64,000 nt of DNA, from assembly GCA_002269645.1 (NCBI GenBank), contig NIVC01000618.1:372001-436000 (forward strand), given 5' to 3'. The notes under the pieces are model-generated. The model did not search any database and was not told where the DNA came from. It worked only from the letters and a program-made list of their open reading frames with translations. This document shows positions 18,701 to 30,700 of the stretch, piece by piece. How positions within the stretch are numbered: the first letter of the stretch is position 1; the number at the start of each line of letters is the position of its first letter. The stretch is from Macrostomum lignano (lineage: Eukaryota). The position numbers were made by a program, and so were the translations under genes.

Positions 18701-21700
18701 TCTCTCCCTGTCTCTCCCTGTCTCTCCTTTCCTAGAGTAGACTTGATTACTTGGCTTCCTCTTTGCTGACAGACCTGCAAAGATGCACCTTAGACCCAAA
18801 CCGCTTGTCCACTTGTGTGTTTTGCTAAATAGCAAAGATTTTTTGCGTACTTTTTCTAATCCACCTTGCTGCCGCCGCCTCTACACTGTTTGCTTTTTCT
18901 GGGGCGTCTTCAGGAGGGGGGGGGTTGTTTCTTCACGTTTTTCAAGGGCTCTGGATACGAGAAAGAGATAGACAGACATGGCTGCCAGACTTCCGTTCGG
19001 TTTCGCTCCTTGTTGGCGGTTTCCCTGCCTGTTACTGACAGCTGACAGATCCCCGGCTGTCTTGGCTTGGGCAAGGAGGTCGAGAACCAGAGCCTGGAGT
19101 GGCGACTCCACCTCGACGCCTTCATTTTCATTTTTCAGACAACTGTAGGCTGACTGCAGAGCCTGAATTCGAATGTAAATTTACACCCTAAAAGTGAAGT
19201 GAAACGCGATGTGTTGATAATTTTAGAAGATATTTCTGAACTTTGGTTTCGCCGCTCCAATGCTCTAGATTTGGGACGCCTTGGCTTGGACCCCGCCTCT
19301 CTATCACTCTCCTCTCGCTTTTTGTCTATTCGTCTTTCAATCGTATTTTCTTCCCGCGTTTCTTTTCTTGTGTCCACTTGGCCTTCGCCCGCCCACTTCT
19401 CGGTCCGCAGCTGCTTGACTGAAAAGGAATTGTTCTGGAATGAACAATAAATTGACCATTTCTCTTTTGCTTTTAGTTCTTTCTTTTCCTGACGCATTCC
19501 TTCTCCCCTCTGCCTCGCCCGCAGGCTCTCGGCTCGCTGTACTTCGTGCACGCTCGCGTCCCGGATGTGGCGCTGTGGGACTTCAACAAGTCCCGCTTTG
19601 TGCAGCTTCGGGACCGCTTCGTAAGAGGCCTCCCGCCTTCCACGCTGCTGATGCTTCTCTCCTTGTGTCTGTCTCAGTGCTGATTGTGCCTGTCTCAGTG
19701 CTGATTGTGTCTGTCTCAGTGCTGATTGTGTCTGTCTCAGTGCCCCCTTGTGTCTGTCTCAGTGCTGATTGTGCCTGTCACAGTGCTGATTGTGTCTGTC
19801 TCAGTGCTGATTGTGTCTGTCTCAGTGCTGATTGTGTCTGTCTCAGTACTGATTGTGTCTGTCTCAGTGCTGATTGTGTCTGTCTCAGTGCTGATTGTAT
19901 CTGTCTCAGTGCTGATTGTGCCTGTCACAGTGCTGATTGTGTCTGTCTCAGTGCTGATTGTGTCTGTCTCAGTGCTGATTGTATCTGTCTCAGTGCTGAT
20001 TGTGTCTGTCTCAGTGCTGATTGTATCTGTCTCAGTGCTGATTGTGTCTGTCTCAGTGCTGATTGTGTCTGTCTCAGTGCTGATTGTGCCTGTCTCAGTG
20101 CTGATTGTGTCTGTCTCAGTGCTGATTGTGTCTGTCTCAGTGCTGATTGTGTCTGTCTCAGTGCTGATTGTATCTGTCTCAGTGCTGATTGTGTCTGTCT
20201 CAGTGCTGATTGTGTCTGTCTCAGTGCTGATTGTGCCTGTCTCAGTGCTGATTGTGTCTGTCTCAGTGCTGATTGTATCTGTCTCAGTGCTGATTGTGCC
20301 TGTCTCAGTGCTGATTGTGTCTGTCTCAGTGCTGATTGTGCCTGTCTCAGTGCTGATTGTGTCTGTCTCAGTGCTGATTGTGTCTGTCTCAGTGCTGATT
20401 GTGTCTGTCTCAGTGCTGATTGTGCCTGTCTCAGTGCTGATTGTGTCTGTCTCAGTGCCCCCTTGTGTGTGTCTCGTCAAGGTTAAAAAGATTGATGCTT
20501 TTTTGTTCGTTTTGCTATTAAAGTTGCAACTAACGGTGACTGCATTTGCACCGAATAGGCAACAGGCACCAGTGCTGTAACTACAGGCGCAATTCGTGAA
20601 ATTAAAATCTATTCGAACAAGGACTGTGAGGTTTTTTGAGTTGCCTCTCGGGAGTTGACTTGCAACTGAGCTTTAAAGAGAGGCCAATTTACTAAATTGG
20701 CCTGCTCGCTTGACTTGGCTTGCTGAGTTCGGGAGAGAGAGAGAGAGAAAGTAGAGATCGGATCACACAGGGGAAGATCTGATGTCGATTCTGCAGAAGT
20801 GGGTCTTGATCTTTATTTAGTGGCCGGGCAAGCCGGCTATCATGAGGTGGGGAGAGGCTGAGTTTGAGGCCAGCAGCGGCCAGCAAAATGCACCGGATTT
20901 AGTGGCCGTAAAATGCGGATTAACTCGCTTTAACGAGCGGATCACCATCCACTGAGCTGGCCTCTGCCCTGCCTCTGTGCCCTGCGGTAGCTTCCCCTCT
21001 CTCTCAATTCACTGAGCCGCTACACTTGCCTGCCTGCACCGCGCTATTCTCTGCACACTCTTCTCTACTTCTCTGTACCTCATCTCTCATGTCTCTACTT
21101 CTCTAGCTCTTATCTCTCACGTCTCTACTTCTCTGGCTCTTATCTCTCATGTCTCTACTTCTCGGTCTCTCATCTCTCATCTCTCTACTTCTCTGTCTCT
21201 CATCTCTCACCTCTCTACTTCTCTGGCTCTCATCTCTCATGTCTCTACTTCTCTAGCTCTTATCTCTCACGTCTCTACTTCTCTGGCTCTTATCTCTCAC
21301 GTCTCTACTTCTCTGGCTCCTATCTCTCACGTCTCTACTTCTCTGGCTCTTATCTCTCATGTCTCTACTTCTCGGTCTCTCATCTCTCATCTCTCTACTT
21401 CTCTGTCTCTCATCTCTCACCTCTCTACTTCTCTGTCTCTCATCTCTCACCTCTCTACTTCTCTGGCTCTTATCTCTCATGTCTCTACTTCTCTGGCTCT
21501 TATCTCTCACGTCTCTACTTCTCTGGCTCTTATCTCTCATGTCTCTACTTCTCTGGCTCTTATCTCTCATGTCTCTACTTCTCTGGCTCTTATCTCTCAC
21601 GTCTCTACTTCTCTGGCTCTTATCTCTCACGTCTCTACTTCTCTAGCTCTTATCTCTCACGTCTCTACTTCTCTGGCTCTTATCTCTCATGTCTCTACTT

Positions 21701-24700
21701 CTCGGTCTCTCATCTCTCATCTCTCTACTTCTCTGTCTCTCATCTCTCACCTCTCTACTTCTCTGGCTCTTATCTCTCATGTCTCTACTTCTCTGGCTCT
21801 TATCTCTCACGTCTCTACTTCTCTGGCTCTTATCTCTCATGTCTCTACTTCTCTGGCTCTCATCTCTCATGTCTCTACTTCTCTAGCTCTCATCTCTCAT
21901 CTCTCTACTTCTCTGTCTCTCATCTCTCATGTCTCTACTTCTCTGGCTCTTATCTCTCATGTCTCTACTTCTCTGGCTCTCATCTCTCATGTCTCTACTT
22001 CTCTGGCTCTTATCTCTCACGTCTCTACTTCTCTGGCTCTTATCTCTCACGTCTCTACTTCTCGGTCTCTCATCTCTCATGTCTCTACTTCTCTGTCTCT
22101 CATCTCTCACGTCTCTACTTCTCTGGCTCTCATCTCTCATGTCTCTACTTCTCTGTCTCTCATCTCTCACCTCTCTACTTCTCTGGCTCTCATCTCTCAT
22201 GTCTCTACTTCTCTGGCTCTTATCTCTCATGTCTCTACTTCTCTGTCTCTCATCTCTCACCTCTCTACTTCTCGGTCTCTCATCTCTCATGTCTCTACTT
22301 CTCGGTCTCTCATCTCTCATGTCTCTACTTCTCTGTCTCTCATCTCTCACCTCTCTACTTCTCTGGCTCTCATCTCTCATGTCTCTACTTCTCTGGCTCT
22401 TATCTCTCATGTCTCTACTTCTCTGTCTCTCATCTCTCACCTCTCTACTTCTCGGTCTCTCATCTCTCATGTCTCTACTTCTCTGTCTCTCATCTCTCAC
22501 CTCTATACTACTCTGGCTCTCATCTCTCATGTCTCTACTTCTCTGGCTCCTATCTCTCACCTCTCTACTTCTCTGGCTCTCATCTCTCATGTCTCTACTT
22601 CTCTGGCTCCTATCTCTCACCTCTCTACTTCTCTGGCTCTCATCTCTCATGTCTCTACTTCTCTGGCTCTCATCTCTCATGTCTCTACTTCTCTGGCTCT
22701 TATCTCTCACGCCTCTACTTCTCTGGCTCTTATCTCTCACGCCTCTACTTCTCTGGCTCTCATCTCTCACGTCTCTACTTCTCTGGCTGTATCTCTCACG
22801 TCTCTACTTCTCTGGCTCTCATCTCTCATGTCTGTACTTCTCAGGCTCTTATCTCTCACGCCTCTACTTCTCTGGCTCCTATCTCTCACCTCTCTACTTC
22901 TCTGGCTCTCATCTCTCATGTCTCTACTTCTCTGGCTCTATCTCCCACGCCTCTACTTCTCTGGCTCTTATCTCTCATGTCTCTACTTCTCTGGCTCTCA
23001 TCTCTCATGTCTCTACTTCTCTAGCTCTTATCTCTCATGTCTCTACTTCTCTGTCTCTCATCTCTCACCTCTCTACTTCTCTGGCTCTATCTCTCACGCC
23101 TCTACTTCTCTGGCTCTATCTCTCACGCCTCTACTTCTCTGGCTCTCATCTCTCACGCCTCTACTTCTCTGGCTCTCATCTCTCACGTCTCTACTTCTCT
23201 GGCTCTTATCTCTCACCTCTCTACTTCTCTGGCTGTATCTCTCACGTCTCTACTTCTCTGGCTCTCATCTCTCATGTCTCTACTTCTCTGGCTCTTATCT
23301 CTCACCTCTCTACTTCTCTGGCTCCTATCTCTCACCTCTCTACTTCTCTGGCTCTTATCTCTCACGCCTCTACTTCTACTTCTCTAATCTTTCATCCTCT
23401 ATTTCTCTAATCTCTCATCCTCTACTTCTCTGTCTCTTATATCTAATCTCTCATGTCTCTACTTCTTTGTCTCTTATCTCTGAGACAGACACATCTCTCT
23501 ACTTGTCTCTAATCTCCCCTTTCTGCCACTCTGTCCATCTCTCTTTTTTCTCCACCTTCTGTCTTCCTCTGTATTCTGAAGCTCCATCCCTTATTTCCAC
23601 CTCCTCAACATCAGTGTATTCATTCACACCCGGGCCTCCGGTTCAACTGCAGTTTATAACTGCCAGCTGAGAACCAGTTGAGGCGGGCGAGAGTCGGTTC
23701 AATAATTAATGAGAGCCGCTCGCAGTCAGCTCAGTTACTTGAATATGAAACATCCAGGCCCTGGGGGAGATGATATCCCTGAGCTTCTTCTCCTCCTCCT
23801 CCTCCTCCTCCTCCTCGGCACTTCTTGACGTCGGGCTCTCCTCTGTGCCGACAATCCCTGGGGGGAGGGGGGGTTGATGAAGATGATGCCGGATGCTGGA
23901 CGAGTTACCCGTCATCGATCACTCGATTCTGATAAGCTAGTTGTTGGCCAGGAATTATCCCAGTTGCTTATCTGGTTTTGCTTGTGTACATATATGTATT
24001 TTTTGTTCTATCCTATCTTTTAGAAGCAGCAAGGACTGGGGAGAACAGAATAACAGGCTACGAGCATGTAAATAGAGCTCTCTTAGAGTTGGTTCGGGGC
24101 TGAAGTCAGAGAGATAATCCACAGGATAGCTCTACTCAATAGTGCCTAAATTGCTTTGCCCTACAGCTACAGGCTTAGTATGGGTTTGCCCAGCTGTTTT
24201 ATTGGCACCGTCTACTCCGCTCTCTACTATTCTGTCTACTCCACTGTCTACTCTATTCTCCATTCTACTGTCTACTCTGTTGTCTACTCCGCTGTCTACT
24301 CCCGCTTTTTACTCCACTGGCTACTCCACTGTCTACTCCGCTGTCTACTCCGCTGTATACTCCGCTGTCTACTCCATTCTCCATTCTACTGTCTACTCTG
24401 TTGTCTACACCCGCTTTCTAATCCACTGTCTACTCCGCTGTCTACTCCCGCTTTTTACTCCACTGTCTACTTCGCTGTCTACTCCGCTGTCTACTCTATT
24501 CTCCATTCTACTGTCTACTCTATTGTCTACATTCGTTTTCTACTCCACTGTCTACTCCGCTGTCTACTTCACTGTCTACTTCGCTGTTTACTCCGCTGTC
24601 TACTCTATTCTCCATTTTACTGTCTACTCTGTTGTCTACACTCGCTTTTTACTCCACTGTCTACTCCGCTGTCTACTCAGCTGTCTACACCCGCTTTTTA

Positions 24701-27700
24701 CTCCACTGTCTACTCCGCTGTCTACTCAGCTGTCTACTCCCGCTTTTTACTCCACTGTCTACTCCGCTGTCTACTCCGCCGTCTACTCCGCTGTCTACTC
24801 CAATCTACTCCGTCTCAATATATCTTTCTGTTGCCAGGTTTTAAGCATCTCTACCCAATTATTTATCCAGGATTCAGCCCCCCCCCCAACTGCAACTGCC
24901 CACTCTCAGCCAAGTTGGCATTTCCGCGCCTAGCGCGTTTCAAGTTCCATTGCGTGTCGCTTTTTTCAGCCCCCCCCTCTTTCAACCCCACATGTGTTTC
25001 ATTTTATATTCACCCACAGATGAGACCTAGGGGCACTCTGAGTCCGTCTCGGCCAGCTCGCAGCCCCTTCTTACAATCTCATCAGATTGCAGTCGGGCGT
25101 GAATAAAAAATCCCGGAATGGGATATTACTCGGACGGCGCAATCGGAACGGCTGTGGGATTTGACATAAAATTTGTGGCTAGTAAAACAGCTGACTCGAC
25201 TAAGCAGCCCAAGCTATGCTGGGGTTTTGTTATCTGAGTGCGAGAGATTCATGTCTGAGTGCGAGTGACTCAGGTCTGAGTGCAAGTGACTCAGGTCTGA
25301 GTGCGAGTGACTCAGGTCTGAGTGTGAGTGACTCAGGTCTGAGTGTGAGTGACTCAGGTCTGAATGTGAGTGACTCAGGTCTGAATGCGAGTGACTCAGG
25401 TCTGAATGCGAGTGACTCAGGTCTGAATGTGAGTGACTCAGGTCTGAATGCGAGTGACTCAGGTCTGAATGCGAGTGACTCAGGTCTGAATGCGAGTGAC
25501 TCGGGTCTGAATGTGAGTGACTCAGGTCTGAATGTGAGTGACTCAGGTCTGAATGTGAGTGACTCAGGTCTGAATGCGAGTGACTCAGGTCTGAATGTGA
25601 GTGACTCAGGTCTGAATGCGAGTGACTCAGGTCTGAGTGTGAGTGACTCAGGTCTGAATGTGAGTGACTCAGGTCTGAATGCGAGTGACTCAGGTCTGAA
25701 TGCGAATGACTCAGGTCTGAATGCGAATGACTCAGGTCTGAATGTGAGTGACTCAGGTTTAAGTGCGAGTGACTCAGGTCTGAGTGCGAGTGAATCAGAT
25801 CTGAGTGCGAGTGACTCTTCTAAACAGGAGGGATTCGAGCCCGAGACTGTCTTATCGGTACTCCAGTCACGAGCTGCAGACTATCTGATTAAATTGGTGT
25901 TGCAGGATTTTATTTAGCTCTCTCTCCCGTGCAGAAGCAGCAAGATAAGAAAAAAGTTGCATATTGAAGCAATTCCCTCTACCGTCAGTTCAGTGTATTT
26001 CATAATCTAACCCAAGTGTTCACTGTTCTTCCTTCCTAGGCCTTACTTAATTTATTATGCACCTATCTTGTTTAACTTGCCTGCTAGACATTTGCCATGG
26101 TTAACCAGTTTCGATAAACAAGAAATTCATATCTACCTGATTAATAAATCATTATTAAACATTTTCAATCACCCTGCAGGAGCACCGCGGTCCCATTGAG
26201 GCGGTCGGCGAGGTGGAAAAGCGAAAATTTCCACTGAAATTTTTTCCCAACGTAAGCCATCTTTGTGATAATAAAGCTTATATGATGCTGTTTGATACTT
26301 GAAATTTCAATGTACAGTATCTCTATGCGTACATTCAATGTACAGCATCTCTATGCGTGCATTCAATGTACAGTATCTCTATGCGTGCATTCAATGTACA
26401 GCATCTATGCGTGCATTCAATGTACAGTGTCTCTATGCGTGCATTCAATGTACAGTATCTCTATGCGTGCATTCAATGTACAGTATCTCTATGCGTACAT
26501 TCAATGTACAGTATCTCTATGCGTACATTCAATGTACAGTATCTCTATGCGTACATTCAATGTACAGCATCTTTATGCGTGCATTCAATGTACAGTATCT
26601 CTATGCGTGCATTCAATGTACAGCATCTATGCGTGCATTCAATGTACAGTGTCTCTATGCGTGCATTCAATGTACAGTATCTCTATGCGTGCATTCAATG
26701 TACAGTATCTCTATGCGTACATTCAATGTACAGTATCTCTATGCGTACATTCAATGTACAGTATCTCTATGCGTGCATTCAATGTACAGTATCTCTATGC
26801 GTACATTAAATGTACAGTATCTCTATGCGTACATTCAATGTACAGTATCTCTATGCGTACATTCAATGTACAGCATCTCTATGCGTACATTCCGGTTGAT
26901 CTTCAGTCAACTTGTAAACACCGCGCTTACGCTGCATTCCATCAATGTACATTTAAGTGTACTTTTGGTTATTATCGCCCGATTTTGCAGCAAGTCCTGT
27001 CTCGCAAAGGCTACATGCGAACTCGCTGGCGTGCTGGTGTCGCCACATTCGACCTCGTCAACGTGCACCTGTTTCACGACGCATCAAACCTGGACGGCTT
27101 GTCACAGGTGGGTTAACTTGCGCATTGATCTGCGGTTCAGAGTAGGGCCAGATTAGTGTCAGAGTAGGGTCTGAGTAGGGTCTGAGTAGGGTCTGAGTAG
27201 GGTCTGAGTAGGGTCTGAGTAGGGTCAGAATAGGGTCAGAGTAGGGTCAGAGTAGTGTCAGAGTAGGGTCAGATTAGGGTCTGAGTAGGGTCTGAGTAGG
27301 GTCAGAGTAGGGTCAGAATAGGGTCAGAGTAGGGTCAGAGTAGGGTCAGAGTAGGGTCTGAGTAGGGTCAGATTAGGGTCAGAGTAGTGTCAGAGTAGGG
27401 TTAGAATAGGGTCAGAGTAGGGTCTGAGTAGGGTCTGAGTAGGGTCTGAGTAGGGTCAGAGTAGGGTCTAAGTAGGGTCAGATTAGGGTCAGAGTAGTGT
27501 CAGAGTAGTGTTAGAATAGGGTCAGAGTAGGGTCTGAGTAGGGTCAGAATAGGGTCAGAGTAGGGTCAGAGTAGGGTCAGAGTAGGGTCAGAGTAGGGTC
27601 AGAGTAGGGTCATTATAAGGTCAGAGTAGGGTCAGAGTAGGGTCAGAGTAGGGTCATTATAAGGTCAGAGTGTATTCCGAGCTCCATCTTCGGAAATTCC

Positions 27701-30700
27701 AGACGCCCTCGGTCTACGCCAGGCATCGCCGAGACGCCCTGATGTGGATCCTGGATCAGCTGCGCAGCGGGCCGCCTGTCAAAGACGAATTCGCCATTGC
27801 GGCCAGCTCTGGCTCTGGCGTCAAAGGCGTCGAAGACGGAGGCGAGAGCTTTTCGGCTGAGCGACTGCCTGTGCCGACCTTTGTGTTCGGCGACTTTAAT
27901 TTTCGACTCAACCTTGAAGCTTACGTTAAGGTAGATTGGATTGAATGAATCGGGTAGTTGAGGTTGTGAATCGAGTAGTTGAGGTTGTGAATCGGGTAGT
28001 TGAGGTTGTGAATCGGGTAGTTGAGGTTGTGAATCGAGTAGTTGAGGTTGTGAATCGGGTAGTTGAGGTTGTGAATCGGGTAGTTGAGGCTGTGAATCGG
28101 GTAGTTGAGGTTGTGAATCGAGTAGTTGAGGTTGTGAATCGGGTAGTTGAGGTTGTGAATCGGGTAGTTGAGGCTGTGAATCGGGTAGTTGAGGTTGTGA
28201 ATCGGGTAGTTGAGGTTGTGAATCGAGTAGTTGAGGTTGTGAATCGGGTAGTTGAGGTTGTGAATCGGGTAGTTGAGGCTGTGAATCGGGTAGTTGAGGT
28301 TGTGAATCGGGTAGTTGAGGTTGTGAATCGGGTAGTTGAGTTGTGAATCGAGTAGTTGAGGTTGTGAATCGGGTAGTTGAGGTTGTGAATCGGGTAGTTG
28401 AGGTTGTGAATCGGGTAGTTGAGGTTGTGAATCGGGTAGTTGAGGTTGTGAATCGGGTAGTTGAGGTTGTGAATCGGGTAGTTGAGGTTGTGAATCGGGT
28501 AGTTGAGTTGTGAATCGAGTAGTTGAGGTTGTGAATCGGGTAGTTGAGGTTGTGAATCGGGTAGTTGAGGCTGTGAATCGGATAGTTGAGTTGTGAATCG
28601 AGTAGTTGAGGTTGTGAATCGGGTAGTTGAGGTTGTGAATCTGGTAGTTAATGTTGTGAATCGGGTAGTTGAGGTTGTGAATCGAGTAGTTGAGGTTGTG
28701 AATCTGGTAGTTGAGGTTGTGAATCTGGTAGTTAATGTTGTGAATCGGGTAGTTGAGGTTGTGAATCGAGTAGTTGAGGTTGTGAATCGGGTAGTTAATG
28801 TTGTGAATCGGGTAGTTGAGGTTGTGAATCGAGTAGTTAAGGTTCTGAATCTGGTAGTTAATGTTATGAATTGTCTTTTACAGGCTATTCACGCATGTTC
28901 AAGTAAAGTGAATGGTTGAATCTAACCTCAAAACCCTCAGACCGTCACCCAGAAGTGCCGGCGCACTGAGCAGCGGGACAAGGACGGCCACCTCAGCATC
29001 GAGTATTACCGTGGGGACGATCGAGTCCTCACCGTGGGAAAGAAACAGTTCCACAGCTGCACACATAGCAGAGAATTTTTTGAAAATAAGCATAACTGGG
29101 TAAGCTTCCTTGAGTGCGTCAACTGGTTTCTTTGGTAGTTGTACGAGTGATTGAGATTACAGATCAATTAGGATCGTGAAGGGATTATCGATCAAATGAA
29201 TCAGTTGGGATTATCGATCAGTTGTGATTATCGATCAGTTAGGATTATCGATCAGTTGGGAGTATCGATCAAATTGGATTATCGATCAAATGGGATTATC
29301 GATCGAATAGGATTATCGATCAAATGATATTATCGAGAAAATGGGATTATCGATCAAATGGGATTATCAATCAAATTGGATTATCGATCAAATGGGATTA
29401 TCAATCAAATTGGATTATCGATCAAATGGGATTATCGATCAAATGGGATTATCGATCAAATGGGATTATCAATCAAATGGGATTATCAATCAAATGGGAT
29501 TATCGATCAAATGGGATTATCGATCAAATGGGATTATCAATCAAATTGGATTATCGATCAAATGTAGACTATCAATTAAATGGAATTATCGATCAAATGA
29601 ATCAGTTAGGATTATCAGTTGGGATTATCGATCAAATGGGATTATCAATCAAATTGGATTATCGATCAAATGATATTATCGAGCAAATGGGATTGTCGAT
29701 CAAATGGGATTATCGATCAAATGAATCAGTTAAGATTATCAGTTGTGGTTATCGATCAGTTGGGAGTATCGATCAAATATAATTATCGATCAAATAGGAT
29801 TATCGATCGAATAGGATTATCGATCAAATGGGATTATTGATCAAATGAATCAGTTAAGATTATCAGTTGTGGTTATCGATCAGTTGGGAGTATCGATCAA
29901 ATATAATTATCGATCAAATAGGATTATCGATCGAATAGGATTATCGATCAAATGGGATTATCGATCGAATAGGATTATCGATCAAATGATATTATCGAGC
30001 AAATAAGATTATCGATCAAATGGGATTATCGATCAAATGGGATTATCGATAAAATGGTATAATCGATAAAATGGGATTTTTGAGACCCCTAGCAGTTCAA
30101 TATGATCCCGCAACACCCGACCCGCTGCTCAGCTCGGCCAGCTGGACTTTGAGCCCAGCAGCTTCGACAGCAGCCTGTTCGAGTTTCCGGTCACATTTCC
30201 GCCAACTTATCCGTTCAGCGAGGGCGCATCGGAGCGCGACGCCACCGAGTACATGGCCACCCGCCTGCCCGCCTGGTGCGACAGGGTCCTGTGTTCGAGC
30301 TCCGCTAGGTCCGCCATTCTCTGCCCGCCAGAGGACCCGACGCAGTACGGCGTGCTCGGGCTTCAAGACTGCATGGGTGACCACAAGCCGGTGTACCTGT
30401 ACACCTTGCTGTGCTACGGCGCCTCAGCAGCTGGTGAGAATTTTCATTTTTTAAACTGGTCACCATTCTAATTTCAAGACCACTTTGTTGGTTGAAACTC
30501 GAGAAATACTACTGTTACAGTGAGTAGGCAAACTGGGTTCTAAAGACTCTCATTTTAGTGCCATAGACACTCATTTTAGCGCCATAGACACTCATTTTAG
30601 CGCCATAGACACTCATTTTAGTGCCACAGACACTCATTTTAGTGCCATAGACACTCATTTTAGTGCCACAGACACTCATTTTAGCGCCATAGACACTCAT

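Noticed and set aside
27140-27670. Interstitial telomere (occasional TTAGGG)
   Set aside because: The unit is 11 bp, and TTAGGG appears only as a sporadic variant.
28884-28940. Acceptor TTTTACAG at 28883 for INPP5A exon 9
   Set aside because: It gives in-frame TGA and TAA; the CCCTCAG acceptor at 28940 restores the homologous frame.
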